From a virus, in the IMG/VR virus record IMGVR_UViG_3300050821_017570, positions 123,140-187,139 of that record: DNA of 64,000 bases; one strand, 5' to 3'. The position numbers and the translations under genes were made by a program. Shown one piece after another: positions 21,517 to 30,957 of this stretch. Position 1 is the first letter of the stretch. Each line of letters begins with the position of its first letter. Under the pieces are notes generated by a model. That model was not told the origin of the DNA, made no database searches, and saw nothing but the letters and a program-made list of their open reading frames with translations.

Positions 21517-23975
21517 CTGAATAGGTTGGACGTAACGAGCTGCCAGATGTCACCGTTGATGACCCAACTGGTCGGGGTCTGACGGATCAGCATCCGTGCC
21601 TCGGCGAGTATCCTGGTCATGCGGGCTATGTTTGGGCTCGTCAGCGCAGGGGTCGTCAGTGCGGTCATCACGTTACTGATCTGGATCTCCACCCCATCGG
21701 TCACCATCGTGACGGGAAGCTGCCCCTGCTGGTGCAACCGATGCAGCAGCCGCACCATGTTGGTGGCACCGCCGGATTCGCCACTCAGGTACTGATGATC
21801 GAGTTGTTGGGCCGCCACCAACAGGGCATGACTCGGGCACACGTGGGCGGCAAGATTTTTAATCTTTGCAGCTAACGCGCCATAGAAGTGTCCGTCATCT
21901 GGGTGTGGAACCGAATCCTGCAACAGCACCGCCAGGGCATAGAAGGTCCAGCGTACCGCTGAGTAGTCACAGAGCGTCTGAACCGGCAGCACGACCCATC
22001 CGGGCTCACAGGACAGCAGGTTAGCAGTTTGGCCGTCACAGCTCACCATCGCATGGATGGGTTGCTTGGATTCAATCGCACGTCCAAGCTGGCTGGGGGT
22101 CCAATCACAGAACGTCGGCAGCGGGGTTAGCCCGGTCAGGCTCTGCGGGTCCGGTTGCGTGACCCGCATGCCCATCTGGCTTGCCAGGCGAGCCACCAGG
22201 TGAGGGGCCTCTTCGACCGCTATCCGGAAACCGGGTTTACCAAATCGGGTCCGGTAGAGGTTTCCCAACAGGGTCAGTATGACGAGACAGGTATCACGAT
22301 CCTTCAGCGCGTCACCATCCATGGTGGTCAGTTGGGTGGGAAACTCAGGGTCGGGGCCATCCACACGATTCGCCACCCTCTGGATACCATTCTGATCCAC
22401 CAGAAATCGTGGTAACCGAAGCACTCCATCCCGACTCCAACCGAGTGGTTTATCCGTCGTAGTAATGGTCATACGGGATTGAGAGAACTTACGCCCAATG
22501 TGGAGAAGGCGTTTCGACCATTTACTATCACAACGGATCCAGCCACCGTGGGCGAGACAGAACCTGCCCAGCCAGTCGGCAGTGTTGCGCTCAAGCGTCT
22601 TCATCTCTTCCCGGAACGGTATGACGACGATCTGATGGGTTTCATCGGATTGAAACGACACAGTACCCGACACGTAGGCCGTACCGGTGGCACGATCGCT
22701 CACCACCTCATCGATCCGCATGGTGGCGCTGCTGATAAGCTTGCCCTCGCAGTACCAGCCCTGCGGGGTTTCGTTAATCGTATGGTCGTCGAATTGGATC
22801 GACTGACTCTTCATGTCGGCATCGAGCGCGCGTTTCAAAAAGATGAAGTCTTCACCTTCTCGCCCCACTAGGACCTTGGCCTGTTCCTGAAGATCGAGAT
22901 GCCAGGATAGCGCTACCCTGGTGGCGTCTTGTTTGGTCTTACAGAGTAGGTATTGGGCGAGTGCCTGGTAGGGCGGCTGGGCTGTCTGTCGCATCAACCG
23001 AATCGTATCGACTACCGTTCGGCCCTCAGGCCACTGGGTCAGGGGGTTGATACGAAGCTGGCTGTCGAGGAGGATCTGCGCGTCAGCTCCGCCGAACCGA
23101 GCCCCCTCCAGCATAAACCGATCACCGGTTGGGCCACTCTGACAGTGATAGAAGATCACCTGTCGAGCCGATAGTTGGGTACCCCGGAACCGTACCGATG
23201 GGGCCGGCACCCCGAAGACCGCGATGACTCGGCGTTCCGAGACCTGGCGGCTCATCATGCGGACCGCTACCCTGGGGTCACTCGTACAGAAGACCAGCTC
23301 GTCGAGTGGTGATACGTGATCCCCATATCCGAGTCCAGGCAACCCCTGTTCGTTCGTGAAGTCGAGATACTCGTACTGCTGGTCAAACGCCTTGTCGTGG
23401 AGTAACCAAAGCCCAATCAGCCGGGCATCCGTCCAGACCGGGATAGCGAGACAGCTCCACTTACCCATGTGCCGGATGACTCGTTCGGCTTCTTTCGACA
23501 GTTCGATATCGAGGGCCAGGATATCCTGGCCACGCACCAGCCCATGGTAGCGGGCAAACGCTGGTGCGTGCTGGTCATGAAAGAAACAATCAAACGCCTG
23601 GAGTAGCCCGCGTAGCGAACCTGGGTTTTGACTCGCGTACTCCTGACCCTCCCGCAGCAACCCTATAAGGAGTGCATTCCTGGCACGATCTGCTAGATAG
23701 GTAGCAAGATCTTCAGGATCGACACTAATCAGCTGATCCAGCACCAGAGCTGCGGCGGCTTCATTCAGAGACTGCTTCTGTGTCGCTGCATACAGTTCCA
23801 CCACATCACCCACCCAGCGACAGTCCCGACACACCAATGACTCCGGAGAACGGAAATCAAGCCCTTCGGCGCTTTGACATAGAGGGCACCGTGTCGAAAA
23901 TGGGTAGGTACCAGGATCTCTGACCCCACACCGCGGCAGAATACCACTAAGGTTGTAGTTACTTATGAGCGACAT
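21513..23975 (-). CDS. primase-like protein (CHC2-type Zn finger, DnaG-like core, DUF927-like region), apparently degenerate
   Basis: CPLC..CRDC..GDVVELYA; LAIPVWTDARLIGL; INETPQGWY; no clear TOPRIM E/DxD motif or Walker A. Confidence 0.6.
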   Translation of the reverse strand: MSLISNYNLSGILPRCGVRDPGTYPFSTRCPLCQSAEGLDFRSPESLVCRDCRWVGDVVELYAATQKQSLNEAAAALVLDQLISVDPEDLATYLADRARNALLIGLLREGQEYASQNPGSLRGLLQAFDCFFHDQHAPAFARYHGLVRGQDILALDIELSKEAERVIRHMGKWSCLAIPVWTDARLIGLWLLHDKAFDQQYEYLDFTNEQGLPGLGYGDHVSPLDELVFCTSDPRVAVRMMSRQVSERRVIAVFGVPAPSVRFRGTQLSARQVIFYHCQSGPTGDRFMLEGARFGGADAQILLDSQLRINPLTQWPEGRTVVDTIRLMRQTAQPPYQALAQYLLCKTKQDATRVALSWHLDLQEQAKVLVGREGEDFIFLKRALDADMKSQSIQFDDHTINETPQGWYCEGKLISSATMRIDEVVSDRATGTAYVSGTVSFQSDETHQIVVIPFREEMKTLERNTADWLGRFCLAHGGWIRCDSKWSKRLLHIGRKFSQSRMTITTTDKPLGWSRDGVLRLPRFLVDQNGIQRVANRVDGPDPEFPTQLTTMDGDALKDRDTCLVILTLLGNLYRTRFGKPGFRIAVEEAPHLVARLASQMGMRVTQPDPQSLTGLTPLPTFCDWTPSQLGRAIESKQPIHAMVSCDGQTANLLSCEPGWVVLPVQTLCDYSAVRWTFYALAVLLQDSVPHPDDGHFYGALAAKIKNLAAHVCPSHALLVAAQQLDHQYLSGESGGATNMVRLLHRLHQQGQLPVTMVTDGVEIQISNVMTALTTPALTSPNIARMTRILAEARMLIRQTPTSWVINGDIWQLVTSNLFS

Positions 23976-25587
23976 CAATCCACACCGGTTACATCGTATT
24001 TTCGCGGTAGTTGGGCGTCCAGGCTATTGCAAAATTGCCTCCGAGGTTGTTGGAGATGCTTGCCCTGACCGTGGATACGCTGACCTGGCCCGGCACCGGT
24101 ACCCATGTCACACCAAGGAAGCCGCCTTCGCTAGCGCCATGTTGGCCTGCGAGGATCGCCTCAATGGTGAAGATCTGCATCCGCATGTCCGTACCGAACT
24201 AGCGAAGTTCGCTCACTTCTGGGGCATCGAGTCTGACGTTCAGGCAGGTGAGGTCAAGCTGGCGCAGGCACACCGTCAGGTTCCGGTGACCGAGCTTCCC
24301 GACAGTGACTTCGCGCTCGTGCAGATGCACAAGGATCAGAAGGTACGTAAGTACGCAAGTTTTGATGCTACATCGACTTACGACTCAGCCATAGCGTTCT
24401 ACGAGAACCGCCATCGTTATCCACTAGCGTGGCGCAAGACTGCGGCCCAACAGCTGCTCTGGCGGGCCGAGCATTTCGGCCAAGGGCTGCCCGAGTACTG
24501 CAGCCAGTACCTTCACAAGGCGGCTGGCTATGCGATCCCGTCCGAAGACGCGATCGAGACGGCTATCGTCCAGCGCCTCAACCTTTCGGATCGTGAAGAC
24601 ACAGTCAAGCTGGCTGAGGCGCTCAATGGGTTGGCTGAAGACCCAGAGGCCCGATACGAGCACAATCTGGTCGAGGAGATCGTCCGCCTGATGGACCAGC
24701 ACGATCGCGACCACAAGATCGCTACCCACTATGGTAGTCGGCTTGGGCTGCCGGAAGAGATCCTTGGTTGGACAATCAGCCAGATGGAGAAGGTCGCGGC
24801 CCAGCAGGCTCATTGGGTCACCCTAACGAATGGCCACGAAGTTGACGTCACCGAGATCCCGGCCGCCATATTGGCAGCTGTGGACCTTGAGGGCGCTAGC
24901 TGTCAGAAGCTGGCTGAAGTTCTTCCCACGCTTCCGGTTCCGGATGCAAACCTCCTGACCCGGCTGCTACCCAAGGTAGCAGCTATGCCGAATCCGACGG
25001 GTTTGGATTTCAGCAACGCCGGTGGGGCTGGTGCGCCCGCTATGGGGCCCGCATCGATGACTCCCACGACCTCACCGTCTCCCAAGGTCGATAGCTTCAA
25101 TACGGCGAGCAATGACGTGATGGCTCAGCTGGACAAGCCAGGTGGCCCCAACGGGACTGCGGGTAATACGCTGACGGATGCGAATTTCAGCCAGCAGACC
25201 CAGGGCATGGGCGCCAACCCGACCGCTACCTCAGCGGGTGCGTCTGGATCACAACCTCCGCTGGCCACGAATATTGGGCCCAATGGTGTGATGCCTGAGG
25301 GACAGTACTCGATGGGTGGCCAAAACGTCAACCTAGGTACCCCGACGGCCCCCACCGCGCCGACTCAGCCCGCGGGTGCGACCGCATCCGCGTCACCGAC
25401 CGCTTCTCAGACCGCAGCGCCCGCTATGCCGGCCAGCACGGTTGGGCAACCCGCTGGTACCGGTATGACGCCTCCCAGCACGCCAGCTCCGGGGTCCACC
25501 ATGGGTAGCTCGATGAGTGGGACCGGCATGGGTGGCACCACCACATCAACGACCGGTACGTCGTCCACGCCTAACAAGCCGATGTAA
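23965..25587 (+). CDS. putative head-associated protein with DUF6582-like repeats and a low-complexity C-terminus
   Basis: YAD..RHRYPCHTKEAA and LPDSDFA..RKYASFD..SAIAFY; many KxA motifs; Ser/Thr/Pro/Gly-rich tail. Confidence 0.6.
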   Translation: MSDINPHRLHRIFAVVGRPGYCKIASEVVGDACPDRGYADLARHRYPCHTKEAAFASAMLACEDRLNGEDLHPHVRTELAKFAHFWGIESDVQAGEVKLAQAHRQVPVTELPDSDFALVQMHKDQKVRKYASFDATSTYDSAIAFYENRHRYPLAWRKTAAQQLLWRAEHFGQGLPEYCSQYLHKAAGYAIPSEDAIETAIVQRLNLSDREDTVKLAEALNGLAEDPEARYEHNLVEEIVRLMDQHDRDHKIATHYGSRLGLPEEILGWTISQMEKVAAQQAHWVTLTNGHEVDVTEIPAAILAAVDLEGASCQKLAEVLPTLPVPDANLLTRLLPKVAAMPNPTGLDFSNAGGAGAPAMGPASMTPTTSPSPKVDSFNTASNDVMAQLDKPGGPNGTAGNTLTDANFSQQTQGMGANPTATSAGASGSQPPLATNIGPNGVMPEGQYSMGGQNVNLGTPTAPTAPTQPAGATASASPTASQTAAPAMPASTVGQPAGTGMTPPSTPAPGSTMGSSMSGTGMGGTTTSTTGTSSTPNKPM

Positions 25588-25590
25588 CCA

Positions 25591-26298
25591 GTGCACCACG
25601 CGTCGAACGAGTTTCGGCGGACGGCGGTTGAGTTCCTCTCCGGTAGATCACCTACCTATGCGACGGTGCTGGTGGGGATTTGTCTGAAGGCCTATGGGGC
25701 CGAAGCGTTGGAGTGGGACCCTCTCACGCTGGAGAGTCAGATCCAACAAGACTTTGGCGTTGAGATGCCAGACGAAGTGTATGAGCAGCTCTTCTGTCTG
25801 ATCAACGTCATATCAACCGATACGGTCTACCACAGTGTTGCGGTATTTGATGCGACGGTCTCGCACCTCTGTCGATCCCAGCACCATGATACAGACGCAC
25901 CATCGCCCTACGAGTTAGCATGGGCGTGTTTTGAGATCATGATCAATGATCCGGATCCGTATGATCAGAAGGCAGATCATCCGCCGTTCAGCCACGACAT
26001 TGCCCGCTACTGTGGAGTCGTGCTGGCTGACGCTGGATTCAAAACCAAGCCGATGACGTTAGGGTTCGCCAGCATGCCGCAGTGGGCGGCTAAGGATCAG
26101 TTGGATGATCCTGAGATGGAAAACGCAGCGATTGATTCCGAAACCGCCACGAGTGCGGATGTCGATAGGGAAGTAGAGAAGAATGCTGCCCAGCTGATCC
26201 AGGATCTCAAGACCCTGAAGATCGCTCCAGCACCCCTACTCCAGGAAGAAACAGACGATCTGCCTCAAGCAGATCCATTAGCTGGGATTGTTCCGTAG
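25591..26298 (+). CDS. hypothetical protein
   Basis: 235-aa ORF, 3 nt after the upstream stop; acidic. Confidence 0.75.
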   Translation: MHHASNEFRRTAVEFLSGRSPTYATVLVGICLKAYGAEALEWDPLTLESQIQQDFGVEMPDEVYEQLFCLINVISTDTVYHSVAVFDATVSHLCRSQHHDTDAPSPYELAWACFEIMINDPDPYDQKADHPPFSHDIARYCGVVLADAGFKTKPMTLGFASMPQWAAKDQLDDPEMENAAIDSETATSADVDREVEKNAAQLIQDLKTLKIAPAPLLQEETDDLPQADPLAGIVP

Positions 26299-26497
26299 CC
26301 AGTACGGCGGACGTCAGCAAGGTCCGATAGAGCGTGTCGGGAATGGTGGCGCGTTTCGGTTTTGGACAACTCGCACACGGCTTATCCATTTGGGCCAGAT
26401 AAGCACGAACCGCATCCAGGCTCTTAAGTCGATTAGCCTTCGTGGTACTGGCCAACCGAATAACGGTCTCTTTATTGAGGACAGCTTCTCTGGTCAT
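26207..26497 (-). CDS. small CxxC protein
   Basis: Start at MTREAV via ATGA overlap; PCASCPKPK. Confidence 0.6.
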   Translation of the reverse strand: MTREAVLNKETVIRLASTTKANRLKSLDAVRAYLAQMDKPCASCPKPKRATIPDTLYRTLLTSAVLATEQSQLMDLLEADRLFLPGVGVLERSSGS

Positions 26498-26883
26498 GAC
26501 GGGATCGTGTAGGTGGTTGACGGCCCGAGATCGTTTGCCAGACGATCCATCTCCAGACACAACGTGTTGAGCTGAACCAACATGGTTTCCGTACACTGGA
26601 CCGCAATGTCCTTGCTCGGATAGATCAGGTCGGCGACCGAGCGGCGCACAATCTGGCTGGCCGGATCCACCACATTGTAGATCCAATCGGCCAGATCGGC
26701 TGGCGAGCAGATCGCCTGGAGCGATTCCTGCTGTGGGCCAATCACCAGGAATCGGAACAGACCCGGATCGGTGAAGCCGCTCACGACGCTGATGGTGAGG
26801 ATGACACGATAGCCTTGCGAGGAGCCATCGACATAGCTGCCACTATCCTGGCGCGCCACACTGATGGAATACGTGGTAGTCAT
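26494..26883 (-). CDS. hypothetical virion-module protein
   Basis: 129 aa; ATGA overlaps; ICSPADL motif. Confidence 0.7.
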   Translation of the reverse strand: MTTTYSISVARQDSGSYVDGSSQGYRVILTISVVSGFTDPGLFRFLVIGPQQESLQAICSPADLADWIYNVVDPASQIVRRSVADLIYPSKDIAVQCTETMLVQLNTLCLEMDRLANDLGPSTTYTIPS

Positions 26884-27146
26884 TTGGTAGCTTTCGGCAA
26901 AGAACTTTTAAGCACCGGGAGCACGCCGGCCAGTCCTTCTGTCTTGAGGATCTTGTCCTGCATCTGGAGTTGTATCTGTGCCAGACCGGCCGCGATCTTG
27001 CGTTTCTGGCACCCAACACATCCAGATAGGCTTACCTGATCCTGTAGCCGCTTGATCGCATGGCGGAACGGCACCAGCTCTGGGGCCATCTGGTCCAGTA
27101 GGGGCGAGTCCAACAGCTTCAGTAACTCAAACGCCGTGTCGGTCAT
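26880..27146 (-). CDS. small CxxC protein
   Basis: Start at MTDTAF; GCVGCQKRK. Confidence 0.7.
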   Translation of the reverse strand: MTDTAFELLKLLDSPLLDQMAPELVPFRHAIKRLQDQVSLSGCVGCQKRKIAAGLAQIQLQMQDKILKTEGLAGVLPVLKSSLPKATK

Positions 27147-28381
27147 GCGGGTAGGACGCTCCACAGCTTTGGCGTAGCGGGTGAATCAAACTCAGCTGAT
27201 AGTGACACCGTGTCGCCGACACTCAAGACGGAATTGCTCGCATTGGTGAGCGTGTTGGCGGTTGGGTCAACCTCGGTGCCGGCGGTACCCAAGAGACCAA
27301 GTCCATCGTAGATCGGCACAACCGAACCCGGTGGGTAGGCGGTCGCACAGGGGCTGGTGGGATCCGGCGTATGGTTCATCATGGTTCCGACCGTGAACCC
27401 GCTGGCGGACGATGCCGCACTACTGCTACCCGAACCCAGCACGGGAAGTGTGATGGTATCCGAAACAATGCTGATGCAGCTGTTGCCACTGAAGTTGTTG
27501 GTGACGGTTTGGACCCACGTGGGTGCACCCGTGGTAGCGGTGATGGTCCATTGGTTTCCCGACGCCAGGGTAGCGGATGTGGTGGGGCCGAAGGTAACTT
27601 TCGCACCATGGGAACCAACCGAGATGCTGGAACCGGACGTTACCGAGTATGGACCGCCTCCGTCACCAGAAGGGCTTGACGTGACGGTGACCTGGGCGGC
27701 CCCGTTGGCCATTCCGGCCGTCGATACCGTCACCGTATACGTGAATGGCGTCGCACCCGTGTAGGTACCACTCGATGTCGGAACCGCCGTACCGGTGATA
27801 CTGCCCACGGGCGTAGCAGCACCAACCGAGGATCCGGCCGGAATCAGGTTGATCGTCTTGTTACCCGGCAGGATCTGTGTGCAGGGGAAGACCACACTGG
27901 GGATGACTTCCAGCTGGCAGGTATCGCCGTTGTAGGGCTGAATCGTCAGACCCAAGGCACCTGTCGTGCCGGTCTGACTGGTACCAGGTTGCACCGACGG
28001 AACCGGACAGAGCGTACCCAGGCTGGGTGGTACCAACGGGACGACCGGTACAGATGCGGTCGCACGGGTCGCCCATGGGAGCGATAGCTGCGCTGGCGTG
28101 ACGGTCGTGAAACTCCACGGCCGTGTGATACGAATCAGGTAGGGCGGAGAGTCAGTATACTGGTCGAGACAATTTCGATAGGGGGTCCAGGTGTCGACAC
28201 ACGTATCGGTATGACCGGCGGTTGGGTAGTAGGCCGGATCCGTCAGATCGGGTAGCGAACTCCGTGGTGGCACATCCTGGGCAGCCGAGATTGGCTGGCT
28301 CACCGGTGGTACCGTGATGTCTTCACGCGGATCCGTGATGCCGTCGATATCCGGATCAGGCGGATTAGGGGCTTCAGACAT
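27143..28381 (-). CDS. putative tail fibre / receptor-binding protein with an Ig-like domain
   Basis: Thr/Ser/Gly/Pro-rich beta composition; 95-aa domain shared with the sheath; start at MSEAPN. Confidence 0.6.
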   Translation of the reverse strand: MSEAPNPPDPDIDGITDPREDITVPPVSQPISAAQDVPPRSSLPDLTDPAYYPTAGHTDTCVDTWTPYRNCLDQYTDSPPYLIRITRPWSFTTVTPAQLSLPWATRATASVPVVPLVPPSLGTLCPVPSVQPGTSQTGTTGALGLTIQPYNGDTCQLEVIPSVVFPCTQILPGNKTINLIPAGSSVGAATPVGSITGTAVPTSSGTYTGATPFTYTVTVSTAGMANGAAQVTVTSSPSGDGGGPYSVTSGSSISVGSHGAKVTFGPTTSATLASGNQWTITATTGAPTWVQTVTNNFSGNSCISIVSDTITLPVLGSGSSSAASSASGFTVGTMMNHTPDPTSPCATAYPPGSVVPIYDGLGLLGTAGTEVDPTANTLTNASNSVLSVGDTVSLSAEFDSPATPKLWSVLPA

Positions 28382-29438
28382 ACGGAGCCAACAGGTCAAG
28401 ATTCTGCGGGTTGACCACCAGGAGGAGTCGGTGACCACCCGGGTCACTGATGATCGAAACGTTCGAGCCAGCCGTCAGCGTAAGGGCTCCGTCGGTCGTA
28501 TAGACCCCGTTGACCGATTTGACACAATCGATCGATAGCGTGCCGAGTTCGCCCGACGGATAGGGCGCAGGTGACAACGCGGGTAATCCACAGAGCGTCT
28601 GAGGTACCGAAGGCGCATACTGGTATCCGAACACTAACGTGCCGGCAGTCTGATTACCTGACAGGACGAGGTTGTAGCCGCCAAGGAACCCAAACCCTAC
28701 CGACACACTGCCGTTGGTGGTTGCGTAGGCGGCTGGTGTTGGAACAAAGTCAGTCGGTGTGTTGGGCGTCACGGTCGTCACAATCGTACCGGTATCCATG
28801 GCCGTCACGACGTAGTCGACCGGCTGGGGGATAGCGATCATCGTGACCGCATAGGTGGTGGGATCGACGCTGGCCTGGGTCGTCACAGGGATGTTGGGGT
28901 ACTCGACACACGCAAGCGTCTGAACCGACTCGCGTGTGACCGTGCTGATATTGCGTGGCGTGCCGTGGGTTTCCTGTTCGGTCGCTTTGACCGAACGAGG
29001 CATGTTGGCCACCGTCACGTTGAATGCCCCAACCGCCCCGGCCAACCGCACAACCGTTGGGTCGAGCGCTGCCGACATCGTGATCGTGCCGGGTGACAAC
29101 GTGATGAGCGATGCGGTTGACCCGATGACTAGAAAGCCATAGCCATCCTGAGGCGAACTGAATGATGCCAAGATCCGAGTCTGCTCAACTGTACTATCCG
29201 GGACCGTACAGGTGATGGCCAGTCCGATTGGCGTGACGAGAAAATGGAATATCGTCTGTCCAGACGAGCGGACCAAACTAACCAGCGTAACCACATTGCC
29301 GGCCTGGTATTGGTTTGACCCGATCACGATCTGTGCGTCGATCACGACGGCGTCACTAAACGGAAGCGTAGCGGTCTGCACGAACGGAAACCGACGATAG
29401 AGGTTCTCAGTCAGGTACTGGTTGACCGTAACCGTCAT
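28374..29438 (-). CDS. tail/baseplate-associated paralog family member
   Basis: N-terminal YLTENLYRRFPF; C-terminal KSVNGV...GALTL. Confidence 0.65.
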   Translation of the reverse strand: MTVTVNQYLTENLYRRFPFVQTATLPFSDAVVIDAQIVIGSNQYQAGNVVTLVSLVRSSGQTIFHFLVTPIGLAITCTVPDSTVEQTRILASFSSPQDGYGFLVIGSTASLITLSPGTITMSAALDPTVVRLAGAVGAFNVTVANMPRSVKATEQETHGTPRNISTVTRESVQTLACVEYPNIPVTTQASVDPTTYAVTMIAIPQPVDYVVTAMDTGTIVTTVTPNTPTDFVPTPAAYATTNGSVSVGFGFLGGYNLVLSGNQTAGTLVFGYQYAPSVPQTLCGLPALSPAPYPSGELGTLSIDCVKSVNGVYTTDGALTLTAGSNVSIISDPGGHRLLLVVNPQNLDLLAPYV

Positions 29439-30178
29439 ACTGATCCCTCCACCAGCTGGATCGTGAGCTGATCCTGCCCAGACGGATAGACCGTCACTCG
29501 GAACTTCGTCAACGTCGGGTCACTGAGGTTGGTCTGGAAGGGCATCGTGAGATTGATGTTACCGTTCGGGTCAGGGGCCACCCCATTGATGGTCTGTAGA
29601 CCACGCGTAGGGACGGTTCGCCCATTAAATGGGTCCCCAATCGCATCGAGTCGAACCTGTGACCCACTGGCCGACAGCCAAAGCCCCGTGTCGGCCACCA
29701 TGGTGACACCCGTAGAGGCGTTGAAGATCGATCCGTCGGGTAGCTGGAACCCAATGTTCCAGAGAGGATCCGACACAACCAGCAGGTGTGGGATGACTTG
29801 TACGTTCTGGAACGTGTGCACGCCAGGGGTCCAGCCGTTCACGATGATGGCGTTACCAGGGTCAACCAGCGCGATACCGGCGATGGCGGTACCGTTCAGG
29901 ATGTTAACCTGACCGTTTGAGATGGTCGAAAAATCCGCCGTTCCCACCACCGTACCGTCTTGAAGCGTAAACGTCACCAGCGCTGCTCCGTTGGAGCCGC
30001 CGGTTGTGATGCTACTTAGGTAGACGTAATTAGTCGACTGGGCGACCAGAAGGTTGAGGTCCAGGAAGCAGTCATCGGGCAGAACAAACAGATCGGTCGA
30101 TACGGCAGGTTCCGACCCCATGAACGGATACTGCTGTGACAGAAGCGAATCACTCCACTGTTGGTTCAGGACCCGCAT
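29435..30178 (-). CDS. tail/baseplate-associated paralog family member
   Basis: QWSDSLLSQQYPF ... LQTINGVAPDPNGNINL. Confidence 0.65.
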   Translation of the reverse strand: MRVLNQQWSDSLLSQQYPFMGSEPAVSTDLFVLPDDCFLDLNLLVAQSTNYVYLSSITTGGSNGAALVTFTLQDGTVVGTADFSTISNGQVNILNGTAIAGIALVDPGNAIIVNGWTPGVHTFQNVQVIPHLLVVSDPLWNIGFQLPDGSIFNASTGVTMVADTGLWLSASGSQVRLDAIGDPFNGRTVPTRGLQTINGVAPDPNGNINLTMPFQTNLSDPTLTKFRVTVYPSGQDQLTIQLVEGSV

Positions 30179-30957
30179 GGTTCCCCCGCGTCCGAGATAG
30201 CGATCAGATTGTGGGCTCCAACCGCCGTCACACCCACCAGCGGATCAGTTCCGGTTTGATCGAGATTCAGCACTACCAGTGAGATGTCACCCGTCGTCAG
30301 CGCTGGTATAACCCCATTGATTGACGTGATGGGTTGGACGTTTGGATTACCTGCTGCAGGTTTCTCACATGCGGGCCATGCTTGCGTGTAGATGATTGGA
30401 TCGTTAACGCTGAAAAAGATGACCGTCTGGTAGGCGGACGGTGAACCGATCGCAATACTCGCCTTTGAGATCGAAATGCCGTTTTGGCCACTCAGGCTGA
30501 CGAGACCGTAGAAGGTACCGGTACCGCCAACCCCGCTCGCGTTGCTTGCCGTGCAGGTCACCGGGTTGACTGCATAGTCGTAACTGATGAGGGCTGCGGA
30601 AACAAAACTGTATAGGCCGTCTACCCGGAGATTGTGTTGGTTGATACCCGAGCCGAATGTGATGAATCCACTCACACCGGTTGGGGTGTTGTTGCTGATG
30701 ATTGGGACCAGCGTATTGGGTGCATAGATTTGCAGGTTTTGTTTCAAACCTGTGAAATAGGCGACCGCCACCCCACTGATCGCCACAACGACCGATACCA
30801 GCAGTGGGGTGCAGGAGATCGACATCAACTGTAGCTGCTGCCCAAGCGCCAGTGGGGCGTGCACGACACAGTCGACGATGATGTTCGATGGAATCTGACT
30901 ATCGTCGTTCCCCACCAGCGGATATGCAATTTGCTCGTTATCGCCGTACCAGGTCAT
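30166..30957 (-). CDS. tail/baseplate-associated paralog family member
   Basis: WYGDNEQIAYPL ... ITSINGVIP..GDISL. Confidence 0.65.
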   Translation of the reverse strand: MTWYGDNEQIAYPLVGNDDSQIPSNIIVDCVVHAPLALGQQLQLMSISCTPLLVSVVVAISGVAVAYFTGLKQNLQIYAPNTLVPIISNNTPTGVSGFITFGSGINQHNLRVDGLYSFVSAALISYDYAVNPVTCTASNASGVGGTGTFYGLVSLSGQNGISISKASIAIGSPSAYQTVIFFSVNDPIIYTQAWPACEKPAAGNPNVQPITSINGVIPALTTGDISLVVLNLDQTGTDPLVGVTAVGAHNLIAISDAGEPCGS

